The notes under the pieces: generated by a model
What the model was told of the DNA's origin: nothing
Databases searched by the model: none
Seen by the model: the letters and a program-made list of their open reading frames with translations, nothing else
Assembly: GCF_964188315.1 (NCBI RefSeq)
Contig: NC_135667.1
Span: 26,226,001-26,290,000 of the forward strand
Direction of reading: 5' to 3'
Source: Podarcis muralis
Taxonomy: Eukaryota
DNA length: 64,000 nucleotides
Made by a program: the position numbers and the translations under genes
In this document: piece by piece, positions 60,845 to 64,000 of the stretch
Layout of the letters: each line of letters begins with the position of its first letter
How positions within the stretch are numbered: the first letter of the stretch is position 1

Positions 60845-61240
60845 CATCCCTATTTTCATTGGAAATTGTGGAGGGTATGATATAGCTGCATAGTGGTCAT
60901 ATGACATGATGGAGAAGAGGCAGGACTCAGTAAAAATAAATATAGCTGTGCTGCATACCAAAGGAAAATGATTTCTTCCAAGCACAACCAACATGTTGGG
61001 AATGGTGACTGAGATGGAGAACAGCTCCAAAAGGAAAAGCTCCTTAGCATGTGTGACATGCAGCATCAACACCGATGACAATCACAGTGGCTATACTGCT
61101 AGGTTGTTTGGTAGGGGATCCTACTACACAGATAACACACAACTCTTTACAAAGTGAAACCACAACATACCAGGTTTAAATTTTAGTTCTGACGTATAGA
61201 ACCCTAAACAACTTGAGACCAAACAACCTGATAAAGTGCC
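60845..61240 (-). pseudogene. Olfactory receptor pseudogene fragment (N-terminus to TM3; OR4)
   Basis: Across frameshifts: VIGVDAA.HT...LRSFSF/LELFSISVTIPNML...TESCLFSIMSYDHYAAISYPPQFPMKI, matching OR2 VDAALHT...[20 protein letters not shown]...[14 protein letters not shown]. Truncated at the LINE tail. Confidence 0.75.
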
Positions 61241-62128
61241 TTCTTTTGTATTGACCACTTGAGTCACGAAGCTCATCTGATGAGAACTCCAGATCATGCC
61301 AAACCATTGAAGAAATTCATTTCATGGTGACCAAACAGGTGGAATTAGCAACTGTGCTGTCCTTTCTTAAGTAGTGAGCTTCCTGTATTTCCCTGACAAG
61401 TTAGAATTGTGTAGCATAATAGTGGCTAACCCACAACAGTTGTACCAGGTAACTGTCAAACATCCAACATAACACATTACCAAATTAACTGCAAAGCTTT
61501 ATTATGATAACTCAGGAAGCAGACAAGGAGATGAGGATCTGTTCCCACACCTGCATTTCTAAATGAGAACCCAAGTTGACTTATTACTTTCAGGGGACCA
61601 TCCAGACCAGATACAAAACTAGACTGTTACAAAGATATGCAACCATGATCTACCTATGCACTAGAATTTATCTGAGAATGTCACTATTGGATGTCTGTAG
61701 AATTAGATATTTTTCAAAATTTATGAATGCTTGCCCCTCTTTTGTTTTCCAAATCCCTTTAAAGTCAGTGTGGTATTGTGTATAGAGCACAGTACTCAAA
61801 TGAAGGATCCACCTTGAAATGGAACCTCTGCTATGAAGCTCGCCCAGCCTAACATAGCTAACAGTGATCTTGAGAACATAGCATTGATAGAGCTCAATGA
61901 ATGCTGTCCTGCTCTGTTTAGATGAATGGTATGGACAGATAGTGAAGAAAAGGAAAGGAAAGAAAGGAACAGGAACAGGAACAGGAAAAGGAACAGGAAC
62001 AGGAACATCAACATTTATGTCATTTTATTATGTTCTTCGTACAACACAACCTAAATCTTAATTTGTACTTCAATCAGAAAAAGCATGACTGAACAATGGA
62101 AGTCACATTCTGAAAATAGCAATGTTCT

Positions 62129-63033
62129 TCAGCGTTTTCCTCTCCTGGTTAACTGCTCCCTTTTGTTCAGCTCAGGCTTGAACAGGATAATGTAGCATTT
62201 TGGGAAGAAGATGCAAGTCAGCAACCCAGCACTGGAGGCCAAGATGGAGAAGATCTCCACAGCCACCATGTATTTCCCTTTGGTGCTCAAGTAAGTTGGA
62301 ACAAAGGACAACCAAACACTGCAAAACACCAACATGCTGAAAGTGATGAACTTGGCTTCGTTGAAACTGTCAGGCAAATTCCGGGCAAAGAAAGCTACAG
62401 TGAAGCTGGCCATGGCTAGCAAGCCCATGTAGCTCAGGACACAGTAAAACATGATTGGGGATGACTCGTTACATTGTAATACAATCTCCTCAGTCATTGA
62501 CTGGGCGTCAGTATCTGGGTATGGAGGAGAGGTGGAAAGCCACACCAGGCAGATGCCCGCTTGGAGAATGGAGCAAGAAAGGACAATGCAGTTGGCCAGG
62601 CTTTTCCCCACCCACTTCTTCATCCTGGATCCAGGCTGTGTGGCCATGAAAACGAGAACCACAGTGATGGTTTTGGCCAGCACAGAAGACACAGCCATTG
62701 TGAACACAAGGCCAAAGGCAGTTTGGCGCAGAAAACATGTCACTTTGTCAGGTCTGCCAATAAACAGAAGTGCAGAAAGGAAGCAGAGCAGGAGGGAGAT
62801 GAGGAGAGTGTAGGTCAGGTCCCTGTTGTTGGCTTTAACTATGGGAGTCTCACGGTGCTTCAAAAATATTCTTAGCATCAAAACTGTGATAATGGAAAAT
62901 GAAACAGCAGAAATCGTTAAACTGATACCCAAAGGTTCTTCATAAGATAAGAAGGTTTTAGTCTTGGTAATACAAGCATTCTGGCCCTTGTTTGCATATT
63001 GATCATCTGGACATTTGGAACACACAGGCATAT
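62129..63033 (-). CDS. V2R terminal (7TM) exon, open frame; upstream exons lie outside the window (V2R-E)
   Basis: Acceptor TTTCAG|AT ATG at 63033; [13 protein letters not shown]...ANNRDLTY...[19 protein letters not shown]...[14 protein letters not shown]; stop at 62129. Confidence 0.92.
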
Positions 63034-63159
63034 CTGAAATTTAAAAAAACAAAAAATATCAGGTTAGAATTATTTTTAACCTTTTGCTTCTGTGGTAGCA
63101 AGAACATAATAATGAATAAGTCACACAAATTTGGAATAGCTGTTGCTCTCAGTCATCTA

Positions 63160-63538
63160 CACTGCAGGTGGCACTGTGGTCTCAACCACTGAGCCTCTCA
63201 AGCTTGCCAATTGCAAGGTTGGCAGTTTGAATCCACACAACCGTGTGAGCTCCCATTGCTTTGTCCTAGCTCCTGCCCACCTAACAGTTTGAAAGCATAC
63301 CAGTGTGAGTAGATTAATAAGTACTGCTGTAGTGGGAACGTAAACAACATTTCTGCACTCTCTGGCTTCCGTCTCTATGTCCTGTTGTACCAGAAGCAGT
63401 TTAGTCATGCTTGTCACCTGACCCAGAAAGCTGTCTGTGGACAAACACCAGTTCTCTTAACCTGAAAGCGGAGTTGAGTGACGCACCCCATAGTCAAATT
63501 TGAATGAACTTAACCATCCAGGAGTCCTTTACCTTTAC
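63160..63538 (+). mobile_element. Sauria SINE, older copy
   Basis: GGTGGCACTGTGGTCTCAACCACTGAGCCT head, GCAGTTTAGTCATGC body, CCTTTACCTTTAC tail. Confidence 0.85.
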
Positions 63539-64000
63539 ATTTTTCCTACAATATGTAATAACTGAAAAGGAAATATTCTCCTTACTTGTGTACTCACTCA
63601 TATATTCAATTCTATTTTTATGGTGCGAAATGTGGTGTTACATTCAAGGGCTAAAATATCGTGGGCTCATTAAAATATAGAAATAACAAGGTAATTTCAC
63701 AGAACATTAAACCAGATCGTATGTTCATCTTTCTCCCCATAATGTATTGTATTATGTAGTTCTTGTATGGACATTAGCACATATTTCCAGGCTATCACAT
63801 GTGCTGTAAATGTTATGGGTGCCTCAACGTGGTTGGGTGATAAATAAATTCAATTTTATTAGTAATACTGCTTTGTGTGAAGCAAAGCTGGGTTGTTATT
63901 ACTATTTTACAAAAACAAGCAAACTCTCATGCTTTTAGGGATCAGTGGGGGAAACAAGCCAGGAACTGGAACTATAGCCACTTAGACTGCAAAAACCTCA

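Overview
Vertebrate (squamate reptile, probably lacertid lizard, judged from Sauria SINE, BovB and lizard-type MITEs) chemoreceptor locus. All genes are on the minus strand. I can reconstruct three intact six-exon vomeronasal type-2 receptor genes (V2R-A 8046-17768, V2R-B 22335-32066, V2R-C 36775-44507), one multiply disrupted V2R pseudogene (V2R-D 50796-57759) and the last exon of a fifth (V2R-E 62129-63033, the rest lies beyond the window). Between them sit single-exon olfactory receptor (OR) sequences: two intact (2697-3686, 45218-46165), one with a single 1-bp frameshift beside an assembly gap (19244-20175), one clear pseudogene fragment (~60845-61240) and one tentative, very decayed remnant (~32740-33190). 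The main observation is a head-to-tail alternation OR-V2R-OR-V2R-(psiOR)-V2R-OR-psiV2R-psiOR-V2R across the whole 64 kb. Other notable points are a hAT MITE whose terminal repeat supplies the stop codon of V2R-A, a miniature split-direct-repeat (Ngaro/DIRS-like) element with two related solo units, patchwork identity between V2R paralogs, and in-frame phase-0 splice acceptors in front of two ORs. Exon boundaries, identities and repeat family names come from manual reading; no alignments or database searches were run.
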